DNA of 64,000 nt from Acidimicrobiia bacterium (GTDB taxonomy: Bacteria > Actinomycetota > Acidimicrobiia > Spongiisociales > ZC4RG35): assembly GCA_041744375.1 (NCBI GenBank), contig JBGTLA010000049.1, forward strand, positions 5,629 to 69,628, in the 5' to 3' direction. Under the pieces are notes generated by a model. The model ran no database searches. It worked only from the letters and a program-made list of their open reading frames with translations, and had not been told where the DNA came from. A program made the translations under genes and the position numbers. Positions within the stretch are counted from its first letter, which is position 1. Each line of letters begins with the position of its first letter. Below are positions 55,764 to 64,000 of the stretch, one piece after another.

Positions 55764-56819
55764 TTGCGAATCGGTGCTCACTCGGCGGCCCTGCGGGAGA
55801 CGGCACTCGGCCTCAACCTGGTTGGATCGATCGACAGCGTGGCCGCTCGAGAGTCTCGGGCACGGCTGTTGGCGGTTCGAGGCTTGGCTCGCCTCCAGCA
55901 GGGTCGCGCCCGTGAGGCGCTCGTCCTCGCCGAGGATGCCGCCGACGTTGCCGGCGCGACCGGGGTGCACGATGCTCTGGCGCGTGCCTACTCGGTGATC
56001 GACGGTGCCTACGAGTTGCTCGGCCAGCCCGACCGGGCAGTCTACGAACCCAAGGCGCTCGAGATCTACAAGAAGCTGGGCCATCTGACCGGGACGGCGG
56101 GGGTCGCCAACAACCTGGGAGTCAAGGCTTACTCGGAGGGGCGCTGGGACGAGGCCATCGACTGGTACCGCCAGGCCCAGGCCGCCTTCCGTCGTCTCGG
56201 CAACGAGACCCAGGCGCAACTGGCGGCAGCCAACCTGGGCGAGGTGCTGGCCAGCCAGAAGCGCTTGGCCGAGGCCGAAGAGATGCTGGTCGGAGCGCGG
56301 CGAGCTCTCCGAGCACACGACATGATCGGCGACGCCATCTTCGCCGAGATTCAGCTCGCACGGCTCTCCTTGGAGCGTGGCGAGATCGAGGCGGCGACTT
56401 CGGTCCTGCGCGAGCTCTTGGAGGAGGCCAGCATGGTCGGGCAGGCGGACCTGGTCGTGGAAGCAGGAATCCACCTGGTGTCAGCCCTAATCAGGAGTGA
56501 CGAGCCCGAAGCGGCATTGGAGCTAATCGACACCGTTGAACAGAGCGCGGGTGATGAGGCCGCTTCGTACGCGGCGCCGCTGTCCCGAGGGCGTGCCGAA
56601 GCTCTCATGCTCTCGGGACGAGTCGATCAGGCGTTCACGGAGGCGGAGGAGGCCGTGAGGGCCGCTCGCCGGCAGGGCCTCATTTACGAAGAGGCCCTTT
56701 CGCGTCTCATCCGTGTGCGTATCCGAACTGCCCTCGGCGATGGCGAAGTCACAGAGGACGTCCAGGAGGCACAGCGCCTCCTGTACGTCCTCGGGGTGGT
56801 AACGACCGACTCCCCTTAG
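55764..56819 (+). CDS. TPR-repeat C-terminal fragment of the cyclase/STAND protein (same frame as 52971..55655; coding continues from 55656)
   Basis: TPR-like helices (LARAYSVIDGAYELLGQPDRAVYEPKALEIYKKLGH, ANNLGVKAYSEGRWDEAIDWYRQAQAAF, AANLGEVLASQKRLAEAEEML). There is no stop between 55656 and 55764 in this frame. Confidence 0.75.
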   Translation: MRIGAHSAALRETALGLNLVGSIDSVAARESRARLLAVRGLARLQQGRAREALVLAEDAADVAGATGVHDALARAYSVIDGAYELLGQPDRAVYEPKALEIYKKLGHLTGTAGVANNLGVKAYSEGRWDEAIDWYRQAQAAFRRLGNETQAQLAAANLGEVLASQKRLAEAEEMLVGARRALRAHDMIGDAIFAEIQLARLSLERGEIEAATSVLRELLEEASMVGQADLVVEAGIHLVSALIRSDEPEAALELIDTVEQSAGDEAASYAAPLSRGRAEALMLSGRVDQAFTEAEEAVRAARRQGLIYEEALSRLIRVRIRTALGDGEVTEDVQEAQRLLYVLGVVTTDSP

Positions 56820-58030
56820 GCGAACGTCCTCCGGCCGTCGATGTTGGAGAAGATGATGTAGCGGGCCTGAACGCCACCCTCGACGATTGGGAACTCGGCG
56901 TAGGCTATGCACGACGTGTGGCCGCTGGGCAGGATGTCGGCGGGGTCGGTACCCTCCGGCAGTTCGAGTGAAGCGAACCCGCCCGCTGGGACCCTGGGGT
57001 CTTTCTTGCAGTACGGCATCGGTCGCTCACCGACTCCCTCGACGAAGTCGTCGTAGAGCAGGTTCGGCGAGTCCTGGGCCACATCCGCCCGTGGCGCGAA
57101 CTCCAGCCTCTCCAGGAACTGGGCGGTCTGCTGGCCGGGTAGCGGCTTGAGATCGACGAACTGGTTGCCGTCCTCGTCGGTTCCGGCTGAGAAGGTGAAG
57201 AACTTTGGCCCGTCGCAGGCGCGCATGATGAGTTCGTACTGAGGATCCAACCAAATCGTGGCCGGTCCCGCTCCGCACTGCAGTGTCACGTCCGCTTCGG
57301 CATTGCCAAAGTTATTGCCGGAGCTGGCGGTCGTCAGCTCGACGGAGTGGCCTCCTGGCGCAACGCCCTCGATGTCCCCGCACTCATTGTTGTCGGGTGA
57401 CGTCTGCACCCAGCCGGAGCGGGCCTCCTCGCACACCAGGTAGTCACCCAGCGGCAACGTGAAGCTGTAGGAGCCGTCGACTCCGGTCTGGGCTGATGCC
57501 AGGGCGCCCCCGGCGCCCCCGGCGCCGTAGACACTGATGGTCCAGCCCTCGAGCCCGTCTTCTCCGGCGCCTCGGCTGCCGTCGAAGTCGGCGTCGTCGA
57601 ACTTCACTCCTGACAGAGTGACCCCGGCGTCGTAGCAGAACTCGATGTGGCTGATCGCGAAACTCCTGTTCCCGTCCTTGGGAACCTGCAGCCCAGAGGC
57701 AGACGAGACGGCTGGCTCGTAGCGGTAGATGTTGGCTCCCGCCGGCCCACCCTTGACGATGATCTCGCTCATGCTCCGATCGCTCTCCACCGAGGCGGTT
57801 CTGCCGTTACCTGACACCGTGACCTCGAATTTCCCACCGTCGGGGCCGGTGTAGGTTTGCGTCTTGGGCGGGTCGATTTTGAACGAGAACTCGGCCGAAG
57901 AACCGATGTCGGCACAGGTGGGGTTGCCCGGATCGACCGTGACGCTCCCATCACCCCACGCGGGCACCACCAATGCCATGAGCAGCACGGCTGCAAATCC
58001 AGATAGAAGTAAGCTTCGCTTTCTCATCAC
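56816..58030 (-). CDS. Secreted protein with SdrD-B/Cna-B-like (prealbumin-fold) domain
   Basis: Signal peptide MMRKRSLLLSGFAAVLLMALVVPAWG. The central segment LSGVKFDDADFDGSRGAGEDGLEGWTISVYG...TGVDGSYSFTLPLGDYLVCEE..SGWVQTSP is typical of SdrD B-like repeats. The flanking domains are unrecognised. Confidence 0.65.
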   Translation of the reverse strand: MMRKRSLLLSGFAAVLLMALVVPAWGDGSVTVDPGNPTCADIGSSAEFSFKIDPPKTQTYTGPDGGKFEVTVSGNGRTASVESDRSMSEIIVKGGPAGANIYRYEPAVSSASGLQVPKDGNRSFAISHIEFCYDAGVTLSGVKFDDADFDGSRGAGEDGLEGWTISVYGAGGAGGALASAQTGVDGSYSFTLPLGDYLVCEEARSGWVQTSPDNNECGDIEGVAPGGHSVELTTASSGNNFGNAEADVTLQCGAGPATIWLDPQYELIMRACDGPKFFTFSAGTDEDGNQFVDLKPLPGQQTAQFLERLEFAPRADVAQDSPNLLYDDFVEGVGERPMPYCKKDPRVPAGGFASLELPEGTDPADILPSGHTSCIAYAEFPIVEGGVQARYIIFSNIDGRRTFA

Positions 58031-58226
58031 GCCTCCCTTGGCGAACGATCACGGAGCGACACCCCGGGCAGCCCGACAAGGAATGCCCGTTCTTGCGCCC
58101 ACCATTGCCCATCCAACCGATGACTCTAACGCTGGGGAAATGGCGTGTCTACATCTGCCTTACCGCCGGTTTTGTGAGGTGTGTCGAGCCCGAAGGTCAG
58201 CGGGTCGGTTCACGGGCTCGTCGCAA

Positions 58227-59045
58227 TCACCTGGGATGGAAGCGTTCCCGGGGAGCTGCCGCCGAGGTGACGGGAAACCGGTCGGCGGCCAGGGCCACCA
58301 TGTCGTCGACGTCGTCGTCGGTCCGGGAGGGGTCGTGGCTGGCAAAGAGGAGATGACCGACATCGGCTTGGGCGGCGTTCTTTGCCGCCTGTTCCCAGGT
58401 GCTGTGTCCCCAGCCCTGCTTGGCCTCGATCTCGCTCGGCAGATACTGGGTGTCGTGGACGAGGATGCCTGCGCCTGCGCTCATCTCGACGAGGATGGCG
58501 TCGGCGTCGGTTCCTGCTTCGTGATCGGTCGCCACGACGATGGACTGGCCGTTCCAGTCGAACCGATACCCGAGGCCGCCCTGGGGATGGAACAAAGGGA
58601 ATGAGGCAACCGAAACATCTCCCAGTTGGAAGGAGTCCTGAGACGGTTCGAAGGAGACGTCCACGTCCACGATTGGGACCGGGAACCAGGGGGGACTGAT
58701 GGCTTGGCCGATGGCCGACTCGGGGTCGCCCGGACCGATGATGCGAAGGGCGATGTCGCTCCTCCACATCGGGGCGCACATGGACAGACCCTGGATGTGA
58801 TCCCAGTGGTAGTGAGTGATGAGAAAGGGAACCGTGTCCCTGGCGGTGGAGAGGCGCGGGTAGAGAAGGCGCAGTCCGGTGCCGGCATCGATGACAGCGA
58901 TGAGGCTGCTGTCGTCGTGATGCAGCGAGTAACAGGTGGTGTCGCCACCGTGTCTCGCGAACTCTCCGGTGCCGACCGGCATGGAACCCCGGGCGCCGTG
59001 TATCTCCAGGTACAAAGTGGTCCTTCTTTGGGTGGAAGGGTGCAA
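58227..59045 (-). CDS. MBL-fold metallo-hydrolase
   Basis: HxHxDH motif ITHYHWDHIQG, with downstream His/Asp ligands (ATDHE, LVHDTQY, WGHST). Confidence 0.8.
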   Translation of the reverse strand: MHPSTQRRTTLYLEIHGARGSMPVGTGEFARHGGDTTCYSLHHDDSSLIAVIDAGTGLRLLYPRLSTARDTVPFLITHYHWDHIQGLSMCAPMWRSDIALRIIGPGDPESAIGQAISPPWFPVPIVDVDVSFEPSQDSFQLGDVSVASFPLFHPQGGLGYRFDWNGQSIVVATDHEAGTDADAILVEMSAGAGILVHDTQYLPSEIEAKQGWGHSTWEQAAKNAAQADVGHLLFASHDPSRTDDDVDDMVALAADRFPVTSAAAPRERFHPR

Positions 59046-59107
59046 TCTAGCCTCGGAGCCCGGATAGGAACGAGACTCCTTTGCGACTCAGCCGTGGATG
59101 GGCGGTG

Positions 59108-59503
59108 TCACTTCCGCCGGACGTCGGGGAGGATGTCCGAGCGCAGCACGATCTCGCTGCGGTAGGACCTGTGCACCTCGCGGACTCGTCGCTCGGTCTC
59201 AGCCTCCACGGCGTCGAGCCGATCTTCCATCCTGTCCACTTTTCCTCGCAGGCGTTCGACCTCGTCCTGGAGCTCGAGCACCTGCTTGACGCCTTCGAGG
59301 TTGAGGCCCTGGCTGGTCAGCTCCGAGATGAGCCGGAGACGGTCGATGTCTTCTTGGGAGTAGCGACGGGTGCCGCCCGGCGTGCGGTACGGGTCGATGA
59401 GGCCCTTGCGTTCGTAGATCCGCAGGGTCTGGGGATGCATGCCGGCCAGCTCGGCGGCCACCGAGATGACGAACACGGCTCGTTTGTGGACGCGGTCACT
59501 CAT
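59108..59503 (-). CDS. hspR: Heat-shock transcriptional repressor HspR (MerR family)
   Basis: VFVISVAAELAGMHPQTLRIYERKGLIDPYRTPGGTRRYSQEDIDRLRLI. It is the last gene of the dnaK-grpE-dnaJ-hspR operon, as in actinomycetes. Confidence 0.9.
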   Translation of the reverse strand: MSDRVHKRAVFVISVAAELAGMHPQTLRIYERKGLIDPYRTPGGTRRYSQEDIDRLRLISELTSQGLNLEGVKQVLELQDEVERLRGKVDRMEDRLDAVEAETERRVREVHRSYRSEIVLRSDILPDVRRK

Positions 59504-59515
59504 GGTCGCTCACCA

Positions 59516-60664
59516 TCAGGTTAGGAGGGCGTTGAAATGGGCTCGGACATCTTCGGTCTCATGGGCGGCGAGCTGTTCGAGCAGCTTGCGCTCCTCTTTG
59601 GAGATCTTGGACGGGACCTGGATTTCGATCTTGGCCAAGAGATCACCCTTCCGTCCCCGCTCCGGATCCACCCCGTGCCCGCGGACGCGCAGCACCTTGC
59701 CGCTGGTGGTACCGGGGGGAATCTTGACCTTGACCGAGCCGTCCAGGGTGGGAACGTCGACTTTCGTGCCCAACACCGCCTCGGCGTATGTGATGGGCAC
59801 GGTGACGGTCAGGTTGTTTCCGGATCGACCGAAGATGGGGTTGGGTGTGACGTGGACCTTGACCAGCAGGTCGCCGGCCGGCCCACCGTTTCGGCCCGGC
59901 CCGCCTTTGCCCGCCAGCTTGATCGTGGCGCCGTCCTTGACCCCAGCGGGGATGCGCACCTTGATGGAGCGGGTCCTCGTTTCCAGGCCCGAACCGCCAC
60001 ACTCGCGACATGGGTCGTCGACCACTATGCCCGCTCCCCGACATTGGGGACAGGCCTGGGCGAACGAGAAGAAACCCTGGTTTTGTGCTACCGAACCGGA
60101 CCCTCCGCAGGTCGGGCAGGTGGTGGGTCTGGAAGGAGGCTCGGCTCCCGATCCGCCACAGTGGGTGCAAGTCGCCTGGCCGCGTACCTGGATGGTGGTC
60201 GTGACACCCCTGACGGCCTCGTCAAAGGAGATGGTGAGGTCGGCAGCCGTGTCGGAGCCTCGACGGGCGGCGGTGCCCTGTCCGCCCCGACCGCGCGGCG
60301 AGCCGAAGAGGTCGCCCAGACCGCCCACTCCCCCGAGGAGATCGGACAGGTCTTCCACCCGCACCTGCTGGCCATCCCCGAACCCGCGACCCCCGAACCC
60401 GCCGGGGCCCTCTCCACTGAAAGCACCCGAGGCAGCGAACCTACGGACCTGGTCGTACTCCTTGCGCTGTTCGCTGTCCGACAGAGTGGCGTAGGCCTCG
60501 GAGATCTGCTTGAAGCGCTCTTCGGCGCCCGTGTCACCGGGGTTGGCGTCGGGGTGGAGCTTCTGGGCGAGCTTGCGATAGGCACGCTTGATCTCCTCGG
60601 GGCTCGACTCGGGCGACACCCCCAGCACCTGATAGAAATCCTTCTCGACCCAGTCCCGGTTCAT
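59516..60664 (-). CDS. dnaJ: Molecular chaperone DnaJ
   Basis: J-domain DFYQVLGVSPESSPEEIKRAYRKLAQKLHPDANPG, a G/F region, and four CxxCxG zinc-finger repeats (CTHCGGSG, CPTCGGSG, CPQCRGAG, CRECGGSG). Confidence 0.95.
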   Translation of the reverse strand: MNRDWVEKDFYQVLGVSPESSPEEIKRAYRKLAQKLHPDANPGDTGAEERFKQISEAYATLSDSEQRKEYDQVRRFAASGAFSGEGPGGFGGRGFGDGQQVRVEDLSDLLGGVGGLGDLFGSPRGRGGQGTAARRGSDTAADLTISFDEAVRGVTTTIQVRGQATCTHCGGSGAEPPSRPTTCPTCGGSGSVAQNQGFFSFAQACPQCRGAGIVVDDPCRECGGSGLETRTRSIKVRIPAGVKDGATIKLAGKGGPGRNGGPAGDLLVKVHVTPNPIFGRSGNNLTVTVPITYAEAVLGTKVDVPTLDGSVKVKIPPGTTSGKVLRVRGHGVDPERGRKGDLLAKIEIQVPSKISKEERKLLEQLAAHETEDVRAHFNALLT

Positions 60665-60772
60665 GGTCTCAAACCCCCTCCGGCTCGGGCGGGCCCTCCC
60701 GCGACGGGGGAAGCAGACGTGTTACCTGTCCCTTGGGAGAGAGAGCGGTGGGCGCGGTTGGTGGCATGTCGA

Positions 60773-61387
60773 TCAAGCCTCGTGTTCGAGGGCGACCAGA
60801 GCCGGACGGACTAGCCGGTCTTTGAGCCGGTAGCCCCTGCGGAGCTCCTCGGCGACGACCAGCCGGCCGTTCCCTCCTTCGGCGGACATCACGGCCTCGT
60901 GGACCTCAGGGTCGAAGATCTCCCCCACCGTCGGAACGATCTCCAGGCCGTGGCCGGCCAGGATGGCCATGAGTTGCTCATGGGTTCGGCGCATCCCCGC
61001 CAGCAGCTTCTCTTCAGGCTCGGTGGAAGGTTCAAAGGCCAAGGCGGCGTCGAAGCTGTCGAGGACCGGCAACAAATCGGTGGTGACCCGCTCCGCCGCC
61101 CGCTGTGTCGTCTCGCTCTGATCCCGCAGAGCCCGTCTGCGGAAGTTCTCGAAGTCGGCGGCCACTCGCTTCAGATCGTCCAGATGCGACGCCGCTTCGG
61201 CCCGTGCCTGGCCTACCTCACGCAAGAGGACGGCGACAGCCTCGGAGGGTTCTGCCGGGAGCACTATGCCCAGCTCCGCCGGCGTGGGAGGCGACAACGC
61301 CTCGTCGGCCAATTCCCCTTCAACCGGCTCGGGATCAGGCTCGGACTCTTCGACGTCCGACCTCCGCCGTCCGTCGCCTTCGGTCAC
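60773..61387 (-). CDS. grpE: Nucleotide exchange factor GrpE
   Basis: [14 protein letters not shown], a C-terminal beta domain FDPEVHEAV, and [14 protein letters not shown]. 4-nt overlap with dnaK. Confidence 0.9.
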   Translation of the reverse strand: MTEGDGRRRSDVEESEPDPEPVEGELADEALSPPTPAELGIVLPAEPSEAVAVLLREVGQARAEAASHLDDLKRVAADFENFRRRALRDQSETTQRAAERVTTDLLPVLDSFDAALAFEPSTEPEEKLLAGMRRTHEQLMAILAGHGLEIVPTVGEIFDPEVHEAVMSAEGGNGRLVVAEELRRGYRLKDRLVRPALVALEHEA

Positions 61388-63222
61388 GCTTGCTCCTCGG
61401 TGTCGTCACCCTCGTCTACGATCTCGGCGTCGACGACGTCCTCGTCGCTCTCGGTCGTCCCACCGCCGGCCGCCTGGGCCTGCTCGGCGGCCTCCTGATA
61501 CATGCGGGCAAACGCTCCCTGGGAGACTTCGGCCAGGTGTTCCATCTTGGTCCGCAGGTCCTCGGGTTCCGTCGAGTCATCTGCCAGGGCCTCTTTGAGG
61601 TCGGCGACGGCGGTGTCGATCGGCGCCTTCTCCTCGTCGTTGAGGTTCTCGCCCTGGTCTGCGAGGAGTTTTACGGTCTGATTGACGAGTTGTTCGCCCT
61701 GGTTGCGGGTTTCCACGGCTTCTATGCGCCGCCGGTCCTCGTCGGCATACGCCTCGGCATCCTTGACCATGCGGTCGATGTCCTCTGAGGCGAGGGCCGA
61801 ACCACCGGTGATGGTCATGGCCTGCTCCTTGCCGGTGGCCTTGTCCTTGGCGTTGACGTTGACGATGCCGTTGGCGTCGATATCAAAGGTCACCTCGATC
61901 TGGGGGATACCCATCGGGGCGGGGGGTAGGCCCGTCAGCCTGAACTTGCCCAGGCTGTTGTTGTCTGCGGCCATGGCTCGCTCCCCCTGGAGCACGTGGA
62001 TCTCGACTTCCGGCTGATTGTTCTCGGCGGTGGTGAAAGTCTCCGACTTGCGGGTCGGGATCGTGGTGTTGCGCTCGATCATCTTCGTCATCACCCCGCC
62101 CTTGGTCTCGATGCCCAATGTGAGGGGGGTGACGTCGAGAAGGAGCACGTCCTTGACGTCGCCCTTGAGCACCCCGGCCTGGATGGCCGCTCCTGCCGCC
62201 ACCACCTCGTCGGGGTTCACACCCTTGTGGGGGTCTTTGCCGGTGAGCTCACGCACGACCTCTTGGACGGCGGGCATGCGCGTCGAACCCCCCACCAGCA
62301 CCACATGCTCGATGGCGGAAACGTCGATTCCTGCGTCCTTGATGGCCTGGCGGAAAGGAGTCTTGGTCCGTTCCAGGAGCTCTGAGGACAGCTTCTCGAA
62401 TTCGGATCGGGTCAGTTTCTGCTGCAGGTGGAGCGGTCCTTCGGCGGTGGCCGTGATGAAGGGGAGGTTGACCTCGGTCTCGGCTACCGATGACAACTCG
62501 ATCTTCGCCTTCTCGGCCGCCTCCTTCAGCCGCTGCACGGCCATTCGATCCTTGGACAGGTCGACGCCGTGGTCGTTCTCGAAGGTCTTGACGAGCCAAT
62601 CGATCACGATTTGATCCCAGTCGTCACCCCCGAGTTGGGTGTCGCCTGAGGTCGCCTTGACCTCGAACACACCCTCTCCGATTTCGAGCACCGACACATC
62701 GAAGGTGCCACCTCCGAGGTCGAACACCAAGATGGTCTGGTCGCCTTCCTTCTCCAGGCCGTAGGCAAGAGAAGCCGCCGTTGGCTCGTTGATGATGCGG
62801 GTCACGTTCAAGCCGGCGATCTGCCCGGCCTCCTTCGTCGCCTGACGCTGGGCGTCGTTGAAGTAGGCGGGAACGGTGACCACGGCGTCGGTGACGGTGT
62901 CACCCAGGTAAGACTCGGCGTCGCGTTTGAGTTTCATCAGGATGCGGGCGGAGATCTCTTGGGCGGTGTAGTTCTTGCCGTCGACCTCGATGCTCCAGTC
63001 GGTTCCCATGTGGCGTTTGACCGAACGAACCGTCTTGTCCGGATTGGTGATCGCCTGGCGTTTGGCCACCTCCCCCACGAGGATCTCGCCGTCTTTGAAC
63101 GACACCACCGACGGGGTGGTGCGTGCTCCTTCGGCATTGGGGACGACGGTCGGGTCGCCGCCGTCGAGGGTAGCGATGACGCTGTTCGTGGTTCCGAGGT
63201 CGATGCCTACTGCTCGTGCCAT
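61384..63222 (-). CDS. dnaK: Molecular chaperone DnaK (Hsp70)
   Basis: [32 protein letters not shown] and an acidic C-terminus. Confidence 0.97.
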   Translation of the reverse strand: MARAVGIDLGTTNSVIATLDGGDPTVVPNAEGARTTPSVVSFKDGEILVGEVAKRQAITNPDKTVRSVKRHMGTDWSIEVDGKNYTAQEISARILMKLKRDAESYLGDTVTDAVVTVPAYFNDAQRQATKEAGQIAGLNVTRIINEPTAASLAYGLEKEGDQTILVFDLGGGTFDVSVLEIGEGVFEVKATSGDTQLGGDDWDQIVIDWLVKTFENDHGVDLSKDRMAVQRLKEAAEKAKIELSSVAETEVNLPFITATAEGPLHLQQKLTRSEFEKLSSELLERTKTPFRQAIKDAGIDVSAIEHVVLVGGSTRMPAVQEVVRELTGKDPHKGVNPDEVVAAGAAIQAGVLKGDVKDVLLLDVTPLTLGIETKGGVMTKMIERNTTIPTRKSETFTTAENNQPEVEIHVLQGERAMAADNNSLGKFRLTGLPPAPMGIPQIEVTFDIDANGIVNVNAKDKATGKEQAMTITGGSALASEDIDRMVKDAEAYADEDRRRIEAVETRNQGEQLVNQTVKLLADQGENLNDEEKAPIDTAVADLKEALADDSTEPEDLRTKMEHLAEVSQGAFARMYQEAAEQAQAAGGGTTESDEDVVDAEIVDEGDDTEEQA

Positions 63223-63364
63223 GAGGCGTGGTCCTTTCTGGGATCTGCGGAAGATTTGCGGTGCCTACCCACCGTACAACCTGAGTGCCCCATTGTCATA
63301 TTTCATGAATTTGAGATTCCAGGGATGGCGAGGAACTGGAATATGTCGGCCGGGAGCAGTGTTT

Positions 63365-63385
63365 CATGAGTCTCACGCACTGAGG
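63365..63385. promoter_or_regulatory. HAIR-like inverted repeat in the dnaK / lon divergent intergenic region
   Basis: CATGAGT-CTCACGC-ACTGAGG compared with CTTGAGT-N7-ACTCAAG gives 6/7 + 5/7 with exact spacing. It lies 27 nt upstream of the lon ATG. Confidence 0.35.
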
Positions 63386-63411
63386 TCCACCAGAGAACAG
63401 GATTCGCTCGC

Positions 63412-64000
63412 ATGGCCGAAACCACCCAACAACTCTCGCTACCCGTCCTGCCCCTCACCAACGGGGTGGTGTTTCCCCACATGGTGGTCACCCTGCGGAT
63501 GGAGACAACCGAGGGCAAGGTGGCATTGGCGGCAGCCGAACGAAGTGACGGAAGGCTGCTCTTGGTGCCGAGGGTCGACGGCACCTATGCCACCGTCGGC
63601 ACGATCGTGGAAATCACCGACTCCGATTCCGACGGCAACGTCGTTGTTTCCGGGGTGTGTCGCGCCCGGGTTGGTTCGGGCTCGACAGACGACAGCGGCG
63701 CCCTGTGGGTGAGCGCCGAAGAGGTTCCTGAGACCGACTACTTCAACGATCCCGCTCTCGATGAGCTCGTAGCCGAGTATCGGGCGGTGGTGAGCGAGGT
63801 TCTGAGCATGCGTGGGGTGGGCGGCATCGCCGACAGAATCCTGGCCGTCGACGACCCGTCTCAGCTCGCCGACCTGGCCGTGTACTCACCCGACCTCTCC
63901 CTGGAGCAGAAGGTGGAGGTGCTCGAGACGCTCGACCTACGCGCTCGCTTGGGGCGTCTCCTCGGGTGGATGCGCGAGGTGCTGGCCGATCTGAATCTGC
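63412..64000 (+). CDS. lon: ATP-dependent Lon protease, N-terminal (LON substrate-binding) domain; runs off right edge
   Basis: Absent from the ORF track because it has no stop in the window. My translation is MAETTQQLSLPVLPLTNGVVFPHMVVTLRMETTEGKVALAAAERSDGRLLLVP...VGTIVEI...LSLEQKVEVLETLDLRARL, which is typical of a Lon N-domain. Confidence 0.8.
   Translation, partial: MAETTQQLSLPVLPLTNGVVFPHMVVTLRMETTEGKVALAAAERSDGRLLLVPRVDGTYATVGTIVEITDSDSDGNVVVSGVCRARVGSGSTDDSGALWVSAEEVPETDYFNDPALDELVAEYRAVVSEVLSMRGVGGIADRILAVDDPSQLADLAVYSPDLSLEQKVEVLETLDLRARLGRLLGWMREVLADLNL

Noticed and set aside
54285-56474. 729-aa minus-strand ORF antisense to the cyclase/STAND/TPR gene
   Set aside because: Same artefact. 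There are no motifs and the composition is low-complexity. The plus strand carries P-loop and TPR signatures throughout.
50907-56819. Calling the cyclase/patatin pair an anti-phage defence system outright
   Set aside because: No flanking defence-island context is present: there are no integrases, restriction-modification genes or toxin-antitoxin genes. Both domain types occur as housekeeping signalling proteins in actinobacteria, and both genes carry nonsense codons. It is kept as a hypothesis only.
58227-59045. MBL-fold hydrolase as the cyclic-nucleotide phosphodiesterase of the nearby cyclase/patatin module
   Set aside because: Only the generic HxHxDH motif is visible. The gene is on the opposite strand, is separated by another gene, and sits next to the hspR operon. 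Nothing in the sequence supports a specific link.
63223-63364. Canonical HAIR or CIRCE operator immediately upstream of dnaK
   Set aside because: I found only weak partial matches (CCTGAGT..., TTTGAGA...), a 7-bp inverted repeat ATTCCAG-N13-CTGGAAT, and a repeated TTTCATGA(A/G)T motif. None is good enough to call.
1-64000. Mobile elements, prophage genes, tRNA, rRNA or riboswitches
   Set aside because: I found no transposase, integrase or phage-like ORFs. The intergenic regions are short, mostly under 150 bp, and none showed cloverleaf-like or known riboswitch-like structure by eye. A covariance-model scan (tRNAscan-SE, Infernal) would be needed to exclude small RNAs.

Overview
High-GC (about 65-70%) chromosomal segment. 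Its gene content points to Actinomycetota and may fit Acidimicrobiia, but that needs a database search to confirm. The actinobacterial markers are an hspR-regulated dnaK operon, an RskA-type anti-sigma factor, DUF3151 and Streptomyces-style PHO-box repeats.

The window is densely coding. I support about 55 protein genes and found no rRNA, tRNA, CRISPR array, transposase or integrase.

Content from left to right:
- ECF sigma/anti-sigma pair
- choline-to-glycine-betaine cluster (opuAC, proV, fused proW-proW, betB, betA)
- M20 peptidase, KAS-III-like gene and TetR regulator
- phosphate block (ppk1, MFS, pstSCAB, phoU, response regulator, histidine kinase, with a PHO box)
- dxs and a HAD-SpoU fusion
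- general amino-acid ABC transporter
- CapA, M20D and SoxR
- PadR / NfeD-fusion / SPFH operon
- DUF3151, DoxX-like protein, mscL and clpB
- methyltransferase plus APH-like kinase
- two acidic Asp-Ser-Pro repeat secreted proteins with a two-component system
- kynureninase
- SLH-CapA
- cNMP-gated patatin next to a tandem-cyclase/STAND/TPR giant
- secreted Cna-B-like protein and MBL hydrolase
- hspR-dnaJ-grpE-dnaK, and the 5' end of lon

Two edge genes are missing from the ORF track: plsC-like at 1..489 (-) and lon at 63412..64000 (+).

Most of this is ordinary core genome. The observations most worth a second look are:
1. The cyclic-nucleotide cyclase/STAND/TPR and cNMP-patatin pair. Each gene carries a single in-frame nonsense codon.
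2. A PadR / HAAS-like-NfeD / stomatin operon.
3. The repeat-protein/two-component operon, which contains a perfect 15-bp VNTR.
4. A 49-bp palindromic element present twice.
5. Heptamer arrays flanking capA.

All family assignments come from motif recognition by eye. No searches were run.
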